In this document: positions 1 to 8,377 of the stretch, in pieces
Numbering within the stretch: the stretch's first letter is position 1
Layout: every line of letters begins with the position of its first letter
Source: an uncultured Flavobacteriales bacterium
GTDB lineage: Bacteria; Bacteroidota; Bacteroidia; Flavobacteriales_D; Crocinitomicaceae
DNA: 64,000 nucleotides
Direction of reading: 5' to 3'
NCBI GenBank assembly: GCA_913056215.1
Contig: CAJXMN010000007.1
Location: forward strand, 99-64,098
Translations under genes and position numbers: made by a program
Notes under the pieces: model-generated
What the model was told of the DNA's origin: nothing
The model's database searches: none
Seen by the model: the letters and a program-made list of their open reading frames with translations, nothing else

Positions 1-14
1 ATAAACATGGAGAT

Positions 15-953
15 ATGGCTGATTCAACCGACTTTATGGGAACAAAGAACGCTACGGCCTTAAAGTTTCGAACCAACGATGTGGAACGCTTCCGCATTAC
101 CAAAGAGGGAAAGGTGGGCATCGGTATGTCCGATCCCGTTGAAAAGCTGGAGATTGCAGGTAATTTCAAACTTTCGGATGATATCATTTTTTCGGATTAC
201 GCGGATGCGAATGACACGACAGGAAAAATGTTGTTTGTGGATAAAGATGGAAGGACGGAGACGAAAAGTCAGAAAACATTAAAAAGCTTGATGTACGACG
301 GTGATTGTGTTTTACTTCCCGATGGAGATGAACTCGAACCTTTTAGTACGACAGATACGCTGGGTGTTACACTGCCCACATGGGCCAATACTGCGAACGG
401 AATAAAAAATATTTTGTACACGGGAACGGGATGCCGCAGTTGGGTAGGAATCGGGACGGATAACCCCAAAACGATACTGGATGTGAGAGGAAACGCGCGG
501 TTCACAGAAGGTGTTGGGATTGGGAGTGTTGATGAACCCCAGGCAGGACTCCATTTGCAAAATCACGATAAAGGAAGTCAAGATAGTTTCCAACAACTCA
601 TTATGGTTCAAGACCCCGAGGGAGGGAAGCTCCTCCAACTCGAAAACAGCGGACTCTTGCGCGCCCGCAGAATAAAAATCGATCAAAAACCGTGGTCGGA
701 CCATGTTTTTGAGGAAGAATACGAATTGATGCCACTTCATGCGGTCAACACGTTTATACAGACCAACGGTCATCTTCCGGAAGTGCCCACAGCACAGGAA
801 GTACAAGAAAACGGGGTTGATTTGGCAGCAAACAACGCGCTATTGCTCAGGAAAATTGAGGAGCTGACGTTGTATTTGATCGAGCAAAAAGAAGAAACCG
901 AAGCGCTCAAAAAAGAGCTCAAAGCACTGAAAAAGAAAGTAAACCAACAATAA
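15..953 (+). CDS. Tail-fibre-like repeat protein with C-terminal coiled coil; possibly 5'-truncated by the window edge
   Basis: 312-codon ORF whose frame stays open back to nt 3, so the true start may lie upstream. Recurrent motifs KVGIGMSDPVEKLEIAG / WVGIGTDNPKTILDVRG / GVGIGSVDEP, then WSDHVFEEEYELMPL..NGHLPEVP and a heptad-like tail LLRKIEELTLYLIEQKEETEALKKELKALKKK. Family assignment is from memory of similar Bacteroidota proteins, not a search. Confidence 0.45.
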   Translation: MADSTDFMGTKNATALKFRTNDVERFRITKEGKVGIGMSDPVEKLEIAGNFKLSDDIIFSDYADANDTTGKMLFVDKDGRTETKSQKTLKSLMYDGDCVLLPDGDELEPFSTTDTLGVTLPTWANTANGIKNILYTGTGCRSWVGIGTDNPKTILDVRGNARFTEGVGIGSVDEPQAGLHLQNHDKGSQDSFQQLIMVQDPEGGKLLQLENSGLLRARRIKIDQKPWSDHVFEEEYELMPLHAVNTFIQTNGHLPEVPTAQEVQENGVDLAANNALLLRKIEELTLYLIEQKEETEALKKELKALKKKVNQQ

Positions 954-966
954 AAACCACGCTGCT

Positions 967-3735
967 ATGGCTTTATTTCAAAAAATAAGTGTTACATTGG
1001 TGATAGCATTTTACTCCGTTACCACTATGCATGCACAAATCAACGTATACGATCAAAATTGCAATACCATTACACCCCAGCAGTACGACAGTGGCAGTAC
1101 ATTCAATGCCGGGTGTTATGAATTACCGGATAAAGAAGGACAAGTTTACTCCACCGCAACACAAAAGGAAGTAGTCGCTGAAGACCACATTCTGCTGGAA
1201 GACGATGTTGAGTTTACGGCATCGGGCAGCGGTCAGGCAGATTTGCGGATAGAGGCATTGCCTTTTGAAGTTGTTGCCTTTGAAAATGATCTCTCTTCAA
1301 TCAAGAAGTATCACAAGTTTGAGCTGGGTATAAGTATTCCTGAAAAGTATATCGACGATATTCAAAATTTTTTAGACCAATCTGGATCCCCTCAACTGAA
1401 CCCTTATTTATCGGATGAAGTTGAAATCACGGCTCTGTTTGAAACTCAACTTCTAGGAACTAATGATACGGCATACAGAAAGAGACAAGCCTTTTTTACT
1501 CAGGAATATACACGTGATGTCTCTGGTTTTGATAGCCTTTACAACCACCCTTACCAATCTAGTAATTACTTTTATTGGGACCCCGATGATCAATATGGTG
1601 GTTATTACAACGGTGTACAGTATCAAGAGTTGGGAGGAAAATGGACCCCAGAAAGCACCAATTATCCCTTTCGGGTTCGTTTCGCACCACCGTTTACCGG
1701 AACATGGAGTTGTAAAATTATTGTTGATATAAAAAACGGCACTGATATTTATGAGACACCACATTTTACATTTGAGGTAATCAACTCCAACAAAAAAGGC
1801 TATCTTAGAACTGGTAAAAATGAGCATTTTTTTACTAGAGGAGGCAAAACATTTATGCCTGTGGGCTTAAACAACATGACACCTATCGACCAAGGTCCCC
1901 CTTTAAAAAAGGGTACAGCGAAAGATGAAAAAATTATTAATTTACCTCTGCGCTATGCTGTAACACCGCCAATTGCTGTATATGAACAGTATCTCAGGAA
2001 TATAGATACATTAGCCATGAATGGTGTTAATTTTTTCCGCATGATGATGAACCCATGGGCATTGGATTTCGAATACGAAAAGCTCGGCGATTATACAGAA
2101 CGCCAACACATCGCCAAAGAAATGGATTTAATTCTTGAAAAAGCTGAGGAGCACGATATGCTCATAAATTGGAATTTATCGTATCATGCCCGTTTCTCTA
2201 CTGATCTTTTTGGTATAGATATGTGGGACTGGATACCCAATAATTCTGGTTCACAATTTGATGATGGAGATATTTATAAATCGGAGCTGAACCTTGGGGA
2301 TGTTAGTGAATTTTTTACAGACAGCCAGGCGAAATATTATTGGAAAGAACGCTTACGGTATATTGTAGCGCGTTGGGGATATTCACCGAATATAGGTATG
2401 TTTGAACACCTCAATGAAATCAACGAGGTCGGTAATGCTACGTATCATGTTCCTGGTCCGGTGATTACACAATGGCATAAAGAGATGAGCGATTACTTAA
2501 AAGATGAGTTGGATATACAACAACTAGTAACTGTAAGTTATACGTTGGAGGTGGATACGCAAAGCGATTTGTCCTATTGGTTAGATAATGTTGATGTAAT
2601 TAACGTAAACAATTATAATTACAAAACACAGAATGTTCATCAATATCACCGTGCAGAAATCCCATACAAAATTGATGAGCGCGGAGATCTATTCAACAAT
2701 GGAGATTGGGTGTGGGGTAATTATAACAAACCTTTGTTTTTCAGCGAAACTGGTGCTCATGAAGTCTGGAATTGCGATAATGGAATAGAGTCGAGACGAA
2801 ATATGTGGCAAAACATGTTCTGGGGAGTCGCCGGCGCCCTCGATTGGCAGCAAAAACGCGTTGACCCGGAAGTCCGCGACTTGTCCATCTACCAGCGCGT
2901 AGCTGAATTTGTGGACGGCGTACCGCTCGACGAAGAAAACTGGCATTCGGGGATGGTCAAGATAAACAAGTTCGACAATAATAATTTCTGGAGGTACAAA
3001 AAAAACTACCACGACGACTGCATCCGCGATGATGAAACAGCTGATGTGGTTTATTTGCGCTCTGGGGATAAAGAAAAAGCTTTTGGGGTGATTACGAATA
3101 GGAGGGCGAATTATTATACATTAGGGAAAGAGGAATGTGTGGAAGATTCCGAAAATTTACCTGCTCCCGAGCATTCGGATTCAACTGAAATTGGGTTTAC
3201 AAATTCATTACAAAATTATGGTTCTGTTTCCCCAAGCAATTTTAACAACCGTCTACGTCTCCGCAATATGAAGTTGGCCAAAGAATACAAAATCAAATAC
3301 TACAGTCCTTATGACTTAGTTAACTCTATTAAAGAAGAAACCCGTTGGGGCCCAAAACTTACTTTAGAATTTCCGGACATGGATACGTTAAATATTATTT
3401 TATTTGAGGCTTTTAGAATGGGAGAAAGCTTTAAAAGTATGCAAACTGATACGACTAATTCAAAGGATCCGATAACAAAAACACCTCACAAAGAAAAAAA
3501 GGATAAAGTGAAAATTTACCCCAATCCAAATGATGGTAATTTCGTAGTCTTTATCGAAAGCATAAGCACAATAAAGGCAATTCAAATTACGAATAATCTT
3601 GGAAAAATTGTTGATAAAAAGTCTAAAGTAGTAAACGAAAATCAATACAATAAATCAAATTTCAACTCGGGAATCTATTTTGTTGAGGTTGTTTATGAAA
3701 ACATGGTTGTTCGAAAGAAAATAGTTGTGAATTAA
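967..3735 (+). CDS. Secreted GH5-like (TIM-barrel glycoside hydrolase-like) protein with an N-terminal Ig-like domain (DUF5060-like) and a T9SS type-A C-terminal sorting domain
   Basis: Signal peptide MALFQKISVTLVIAFYSVTTMHAQ. FRVRFAPPFTGTWSCKIIVDI is shared with the paralogue at 44422-46560. GH5-like acid/base and nucleophile contexts FEHLNEINE and LFFSETGAHE. C-terminus KIYPNPNDGNFVV...GIYFVEVVYENMVVRKKIVVN is a typical Por-secretion tail. Confidence 0.7.
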   Translation: MALFQKISVTLVIAFYSVTTMHAQINVYDQNCNTITPQQYDSGSTFNAGCYELPDKEGQVYSTATQKEVVAEDHILLEDDVEFTASGSGQADLRIEALPFEVVAFENDLSSIKKYHKFELGISIPEKYIDDIQNFLDQSGSPQLNPYLSDEVEITALFETQLLGTNDTAYRKRQAFFTQEYTRDVSGFDSLYNHPYQSSNYFYWDPDDQYGGYYNGVQYQELGGKWTPESTNYPFRVRFAPPFTGTWSCKIIVDIKNGTDIYETPHFTFEVINSNKKGYLRTGKNEHFFTRGGKTFMPVGLNNMTPIDQGPPLKKGTAKDEKIINLPLRYAVTPPIAVYEQYLRNIDTLAMNGVNFFRMMMNPWALDFEYEKLGDYTERQHIAKEMDLILEKAEEHDMLINWNLSYHARFSTDLFGIDMWDWIPNNSGSQFDDGDIYKSELNLGDVSEFFTDSQAKYYWKERLRYIVARWGYSPNIGMFEHLNEINEVGNATYHVPGPVITQWHKEMSDYLKDELDIQQLVTVSYTLEVDTQSDLSYWLDNVDVINVNNYNYKTQNVHQYHRAEIPYKIDERGDLFNNGDWVWGNYNKPLFFSETGAHEVWNCDNGIESRRNMWQNMFWGVAGALDWQQKRVDPEVRDLSIYQRVAEFVDGVPLDEENWHSGMVKINKFDNNNFWRYKKNYHDDCIRDDETADVVYLRSGDKEKAFGVITNRRANYYTLGKEECVEDSENLPAPEHSDSTEIGFTNSLQNYGSVSPSNFNNRLRLRNMKLAKEYKIKYYSPYDLVNSIKEETRWGPKLTLEFPDMDTLNIILFEAFRMGESFKSMQTDTTNSKDPITKTPHKEKKDKVKIYPNPNDGNFVVFIESISTIKAIQITNNLGKIVDKKSKVVNENQYNKSNFNSGIYFVEVVYENMVVRKKIVVN

Positions 3736-3747
3736 TCTCTATTAAAT

Positions 3748-4515
3748 ATGAAGTTTTTATATAAAACGATATTAATGACTTTTATTTTATTGAATTGTTT
3801 ATACACTTTTGGACAATGGAATATTCAAACAGGCTATGATTTTGGTGTTATAAGGTTTCCTAATTTACCAGAGCTTATTGGTCAAGATATAAACAGAAAA
3901 ACAAACTTTAATTTTTTACACAGATATAACTTGCTTGGAGAATACAAATCCCCCAACAATCTAGTTACATCATTGAATTTTGGTTTTGACAATTACCGAA
4001 ATAAATTTGATTATACAACAACAAGCACTTTTGAAGGAGGTTGTAAAAAAAGGACAAATATAAACGAATATTTTGCCACTATAAATACGTTAAGATTTGA
4101 CTTTTCTTTAGGTTATGCTTTTAATCTATCAAATAAATCTAGTATAGTTTTAAAAGGGAATTATGGATTGTTTATTATTGCTAACCATAAAATATTCAAA
4201 TCATCAAGAGTCGTTATTGAGGTAAATAATTGCATGAATTATATAGAAACCCAGGATAATGTGATGTTAGATTTTATAAATTTAAATCAGAAATACGGTG
4301 ATGGTTTAAAAATTGGATGGAATCAAGTATCTATTTCAGCTGAGTATCGGTATAAAATTAATCATTTGAGTTTAAATGCTTACACTGCTTTTAGTCCTAT
4401 GTTTGATAAAGAATTTATAGCTAGTACGACAGGAAACTCTAAAAATTTAATATTTATACTCGGTCTTCGCATTGGTTACACTCTCCAATCAAAAAATAAG
4501 GAAAATGAAAATTAA
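3748..4515 (+). CDS. Hypothetical secreted protein, possibly a small outer-membrane beta-barrel
   Basis: N-terminal signal-like MKFLYKTILMTFILLNCLYTFGQ, alternating hydrophobic pattern, near-C-terminal LIFILGLRIGYTL. Very AT-rich coding sequence. No family recognised. Confidence 0.5.
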   Translation: MKFLYKTILMTFILLNCLYTFGQWNIQTGYDFGVIRFPNLPELIGQDINRKTNFNFLHRYNLLGEYKSPNNLVTSLNFGFDNYRNKFDYTTTSTFEGGCKKRTNINEYFATINTLRFDFSLGYAFNLSNKSSIVLKGNYGLFIIANHKIFKSSRVVIEVNNCMNYIETQDNVMLDFINLNQKYGDGLKIGWNQVSISAEYRYKINHLSLNAYTAFSPMFDKEFIASTTGNSKNLIFILGLRIGYTLQSKNKENEN

Positions 4516-4933
4516 ACTTTTATACACCTTACTAGGCCTTGTGGTTATAACAACAAGCTGTCAAAAAGACTTAAATGGTAATGCCATTACTGTAGATGTC
4601 ACTACAAATGACACATTAATTTTTTTACGATTTTACGAACGTTGTGATTCAGGGCCAAATGGGATGCCATCAGGTTCATACAGTTTCTTTAATAACCAAG
4701 GAAGCGGAAATTATTCTATTTCAGTTGAAGAAGGTTATCAAAATAATTGTTTTATGGTTGCTGGAGCTATTGCTGCCAATAATGACAGCACAGGGAAAAC
4801 AGTTTTAAACATCAATGCTTTCTACACAAATGAAGGAAATGTGGTTGGTTTTAAAGAACTCGAACTTAAACGTCCGCATGACGAATATCAAATAAGGTAT
4901 GAATTTCAGGCAGATACATATTTGGAGAATTAG
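4505..4933 (+). CDS. Small lipoprotein-signal ORF; probably the N-terminal part of a disrupted T9SS cargo gene (see 4934-5311)
   Basis: Internal ATG at 4505 gives MKIKLLYTLLGLVVITTSCQKD (lipobox-like TSC). Ends at TAG 4931-4933, which is in the same reading frame as the following ORF. Confidence 0.55.
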   Translation: MKIKLLYTLLGLVVITTSCQKDLNGNAITVDVTTNDTLIFLRFYERCDSGPNGMPSGSYSFFNNQGSGNYSISVEEGYQNNCFMVAGAIAANNDSTGKTVLNINAFYTNEGNVVGFKELELKRPHDEYQIRYEFQADTYLEN

Positions 4934-5311
4934 GTGGCGCAACATGTATTTAACATATCATCTCAATTTGATATCAACAGCAATGACTGTCTCCTCATCA
5001 GAAATATGAAGTTCGCCAAAGAATACAAAATTAAATATTACAGCCCTTATGATTTAGTTAACTCAATTAAAGAAGAAACTCGCTGGGGACCGAAGTTAAC
5101 TTTAGAGTTTCCTATTATGGATACAATGGACGTCATTTTATTTGAGGTTTTCCGTATGGGAGATAGTTTTAAAAGTTTGACCAATGATTCAACCAATAGA
5201 GAGGCAAAACCATCAAGACCTTCCAAAGTTGAGTCGACTGATGAAGTTGTCGTCTATCCCAATCCCAATGATGGAAGCTTTACGGTGAAACTACAAAGGT
5301 CTACTGATGTG
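4934..5311 (+). pseudogene. Remnant of a T9SS cargo C-terminus, paralogous to the C-terminal module of ORF 967-3735 and truncated by the IS3 element
   Basis: RNMKFAKEYKIKYYSPYDLVNSIKEETRWGPKLTLEFPIMDTMDVILFEVFRMGDSFKS (nt 5000-5176) matches residues encoded at 3262-3438 at 52 of 59 positions by my count. The sorting-domain start VVVYPNPNDGSFTVKLQRSTDV is cut at nt 5312, exactly where the IS inverted repeat begins. No ATG start: the ORF track starts it at GTG directly after the TAG. Confidence 0.75.
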
Positions 5312-5343
5312 TGGAATTCCTACAAAAAATGTGACTATTTTTA

Positions 5344-6213
5344 TTAGGCCGCATTATTAATTAAATTTTCTAATTCTAACTGCATTTCCAATGGTGTTTT
5401 ATATCCCAATGTTGAATGAATTCTTTTGGTATTGTACCAACTTATATACTCAATTAGACATGCGTTTAGTTGTTCCTTTGATGTAAATCTATATCTGTTA
5501 GTACATTCATGTTTAATCGTCTTAAACAAGCTCTCAGCAGTTGCATTGTCCCAACAATTTCCTTTCCTACTCATGCTTTGACTGATTTTTATATTTTCTT
5601 GAAGCATTCTAGTAATTTTGTTTGCAGCATATTGAACTCCTCGATCTGAATGAAAAATGAAGTTAGCCTTTGTTTTTCTTGTACTTATAGCTGAAATCCA
5701 AGCTTTCCAAACAGTATTTTCAACGGTCATATCCTCACTCAATGACCAGCCAATAATTTTTCTGTCCGCTAGATCCATAATGGTTGTAAGATAGTTCCAA
5801 TCGTCTTTGACACGGATATATGTAATGTCTGAGACCCATTTTTCGCCTATTCTCTGGCTTTCAAAATCTCTATTTAATACATTCTTAGCGATTGGATAAG
5901 AGTGATCTGACTTGGTTGTTACCACAAATTTTCTTTTTAAAATGCTGCGTAATCCCATTTCTTTCATCAAAACTGCAACGTAAGATCTAGAATAAAAAAG
6001 TTCTTCTCGCTCTAACATCTTCTGAATACGAGGACTACCATAAATCTCTCTGTTTTCTTTAAATATTTCCCTTATTCTATTCATTAGGTGAGTTTTAGAT
6101 GTTTTTGTCTTGACAGCGTCTTTATTATTAAGCCAATTGTAATAGGCATTTTTACTGATTTTCAAACAATAACACATCTTCTCAACAGGATATAGTTCTT
6201 TGTTTTTTAACAC
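5344..6213 (-). CDS. IS3-family transposase OrfB (DDE catalytic part), expressed as an OrfAB fusion by -1 frameshift
   Basis: DDE contexts WVSDITYI, HSDRGVQY and NATAESLFKTIKHE. The frame is -1 relative to orfA and stays open through the slippery site. Confidence 0.9.
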   Translation of the reverse strand: MLKNKELYPVEKMCYCLKISKNAYYNWLNNKDAVKTKTSKTHLMNRIREIFKENREIYGSPRIQKMLEREELFYSRSYVAVLMKEMGLRSILKRKFVVTTKSDHSYPIAKNVLNRDFESQRIGEKWVSDITYIRVKDDWNYLTTIMDLADRKIIGWSLSEDMTVENTVWKAWISAISTRKTKANFIFHSDRGVQYAANKITRMLQENIKISQSMSRKGNCWDNATAESLFKTIKHECTNRYRFTSKEQLNACLIEYISWYNTKRIHSTLGYKTPLEMQLELENLINNAA

Positions 6214-6224
6214 AAAGTCATATT

Positions 6225-6506
6225 TTAACTGTCGCTCTTGGAGAAGATGCTCACCGCCTTTTTTAATATATCACGTTCCATTTTTATGTCACGAAGCTCT
6301 TTCTTTAATCGACTTAATTCAACCTCCGAAGCACTTGGCTCTCGTTTCTTTGATAGATCGCCATTCTTCTGGTCGTACTCTCTACGCCAACGTCTAATTG
6401 TATTGCCTTGGACATTATACTCTTCACTGAGATCACCCACACTTTTGCCTGATTGTAGCAATTCTACTACAGTAGTTTTAAATTCATTGTCAAATTTTCT
6501 TCTCAT
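6225..6506 (-). CDS. IS3-family transposase OrfA (HTH DNA-binding part)
   Basis: 93 aa, MRRKFDNEFKTTVVELLQSGKSVGDLSEEYNVQGNTIRRWRREY, a typical IS3 OrfA helix-turn-helix followed by a leucine-zipper-like region. Ends just after the slippery site. Confidence 0.9.
   Translation of the reverse strand: MRRKFDNEFKTTVVELLQSGKSVGDLSEEYNVQGNTIRRWRREYDQKNGDLSKKREPSASEVELSRLKKELRDIKMERDILKKAVSIFSKSDS
6258..6264 (-). promoter_or_regulatory. Programmed -1 ribosomal frameshift heptamer A AAA AAG of the IS3 transposase
   Basis: The minus strand reads TTA AAA AAG GCG in the orfA frame (..ILKKAV..). Shifting -1 gives KKGGEHLLQERQLKYDFVLKNKELYP, which runs into OrfB. Confidence 0.75.
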
Positions 6507-6557
6507 AATACAAAGTTATAGTTTTCGGACTATATAAATCCGTCACAACAAATGTAG

Positions 6558-7097
6558 ACACTCCATAACTATAACTTTTCATATCAACCCATTTATTTGA
6601 TTCGACATCCTTTTGCCGTGGTAAATTCGCAGTTAAAACATGGTGCCTGGAATGGTACTTTTTCGAAATTTATTATTCCAAACACACCTTACAATGATAT
6701 TTATCAAAAGCATCGTTCTTTTTTAAGTACAATTACAACCCAAGAAGAAGCATTGGTTGCCCAATGGTGTTTGAGCAATGCTGTACCGTTGAATCATTCT
6801 GAAAACAATACCAGATGGATCACCATCAATTATGAGGACCTCGTTATGAATCCGGAAAGGAATATCAAGAGAGTTTTATCTTCCTGGAATTTGGTTTTCG
6901 ATCTTTCCCTTATTGACTTTCAAAAAAATAGTGTAACAACCAAAGGCAGTAGTCCTGCGTCTACGTTAAAAAGGATTTCAAGTTGGAAAGAACAATTATC
7001 TAAAAGTCAGCTTGATAAAATGGCTCGCGTTCTTGATTATTTTCAAATAGAGGTTTATTCTAAAAAGTCAGCTATGCCCGATATTGTTTATAAATAG
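6558..7097 (+). pseudogene. 5'-truncated sulfotransferase-family gene (C-terminal about 180 codons only)
   Basis: The frame is open from 6558, immediately at the IS right end. LIRHPFAVVNS resembles the sulfotransferase R-x-P-x-D/A-x-x-x-S region. The N-terminal PAPS-binding loop is absent and there is no ATG start (the ORF track uses TTG at 6597). Confidence 0.6.
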
Positions 7098-7114
7098 ATA
7101 GGTATTGGAGCCAT

Positions 7115-7996
7115 TTACATCATTAAATGCTTTAATGTGGCGTAAAAAGTTCTATTCAGAAATACCTTTTTATTTGCTCTTATGGCCAGTTTGAGGTAGT
7201 TTTTCGCTTCGCGTTTGTGCTTATTTAAAGCTAAATCTACTGCTAGGATCAAGTAGTTCTTCATTAAGAAATAAGAAACTTTATTGCCCAAGAAGTCAGT
7301 GACTTGCTGGTTGGAAGTGGTATAGTGAATGAATTTTTCAAAACGATGGATGAGTTTGGTGGCATCAGCCATTGTTGAGACACTTCTTTCATCATGTACG
7401 ATTAGTGCCCATGTTATTTCTTTATCAGTATGAAATGTGTATTGACTTCCTAAACGCAACCACAACTCATAATCTTCACTAGCAGTAAGTTCTCGGTCTT
7501 CATTAAATAAATTCTCTAGTGCTATATCTTTTCGAACAACAACAGCATTACAGGCAAAAAAATTCCCTTTATAAAGTAATTCATTAACGTCGTTAGGAAT
7601 AATTTCAACCGAGATCTCTTTGTTGTTAGTGTTCAAGTAATGATGTGATAAAGCAACCAGTTCTGGCTCACTCTCCTTTACAATAATCTTATTTGCTACT
7701 TCTAAGTAGTTAGGATACATGATGTCGTCAGAATCAAACCAAAGCACATATTTTCCATGGGCGTGTTGCGTACCAAAGTTTCGAGCAGCCGCTCTTTCTG
7801 CATTGTTTTTTTTAAAATACTTTACCCTTTTGCCATATTTTTGATCAATAAGGTCTTCTGTGTTATCTGTACTTCCATCATCTATAACAATTAGCTCAAA
7901 ATTCGTGAAGGATTGTGATAAGATGGTGTCTATAGTTTTTCCTATTAAATGTGCTCGGTTGTAGGTAGGTACAATGATGGAGAATTTGGGCTTCAT
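7115..7996 (-). CDS. Family 2 glycosyltransferase
   Basis: FSIIVPTYNRAHLIGKTIDTILSQSFTNFELIVIDDGSTDNT plus a later DSDD motif (WFDSDDIMYPN), the classic GT2 signature. Confidence 0.88.
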   Translation of the reverse strand: MKPKFSIIVPTYNRAHLIGKTIDTILSQSFTNFELIVIDDGSTDNTEDLIDQKYGKRVKYFKKNNAERAAARNFGTQHAHGKYVLWFDSDDIMYPNYLEVANKIIVKESEPELVALSHHYLNTNNKEISVEIIPNDVNELLYKGNFFACNAVVVRKDIALENLFNEDRELTASEDYELWLRLGSQYTFHTDKEITWALIVHDERSVSTMADATKLIHRFEKFIHYTTSNQQVTDFLGNKVSYFLMKNYLILAVDLALNKHKREAKNYLKLAIRANKKVFLNRTFYATLKHLMM

Positions 7997-8377
7997 AGAA
8001 AAATCTAGCTTGTTTTAACTGTTAAAATAAAAAAACATTTAATTGAAAGCTTAAAGATTCTATGTAAAACGAAAACTTTAGTTGATGCACTTCTCTTGTC
8101 AGCTTAAAAGGCAGTACATAGCTTGAAAACAAATTATGTAATAAGTAGCTATTTCGAAGTTAATATATTTATGAATTGGAAACATAGCTAATAGATGTTC
8201 AGTTTTCCTAAAAACCAGCTAATATGTTTATTATATTCATAAAAATGGACATATATCATATTCTTGTTTCATACACCTTTTATTACTTTTATTAAGCTTT
8301 AAGAGCAGTATACAAATTTGAATCATCCCATTATTATAAACTTGATTTAACATATAGATTTTTACTATTTTTACCTC

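Larger units (their letters stand above)
5312..6565 (-). mobile_element. IS3-family insertion sequence (about 1254 bp), apparently intact
   Basis: Imperfect terminal inverted repeats TGGAATTCCTACAAAAAATGTGAC (5312-) and the reverse complement of 6565 downward, TGGAGTGTCTACATTTGTTGTGAC (16 of the first 24 identical, TG...CA ends). Carries orfA and orfB in the -1 arrangement with an A6G slippery site. Confidence 0.85.

Noticed and set aside
4931-4933. In-frame TAG as programmed readthrough or stop-codon reassignment
   Set aside because: TAG clearly terminates other well-defined genes here (for example the ATPase at 21654-21656 and ahcY at 55227-55229). The downstream part is in any case destroyed by the IS, so a nonsense mutation in a decaying gene is the simpler reading.
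6200-6537. Plus-strand ORFs (65 and 99 codons) inside the IS3 element
   Set aside because: They are antisense to orfA/orfB of the transposase, with no motifs. This is typical chance ORF content of an IS.
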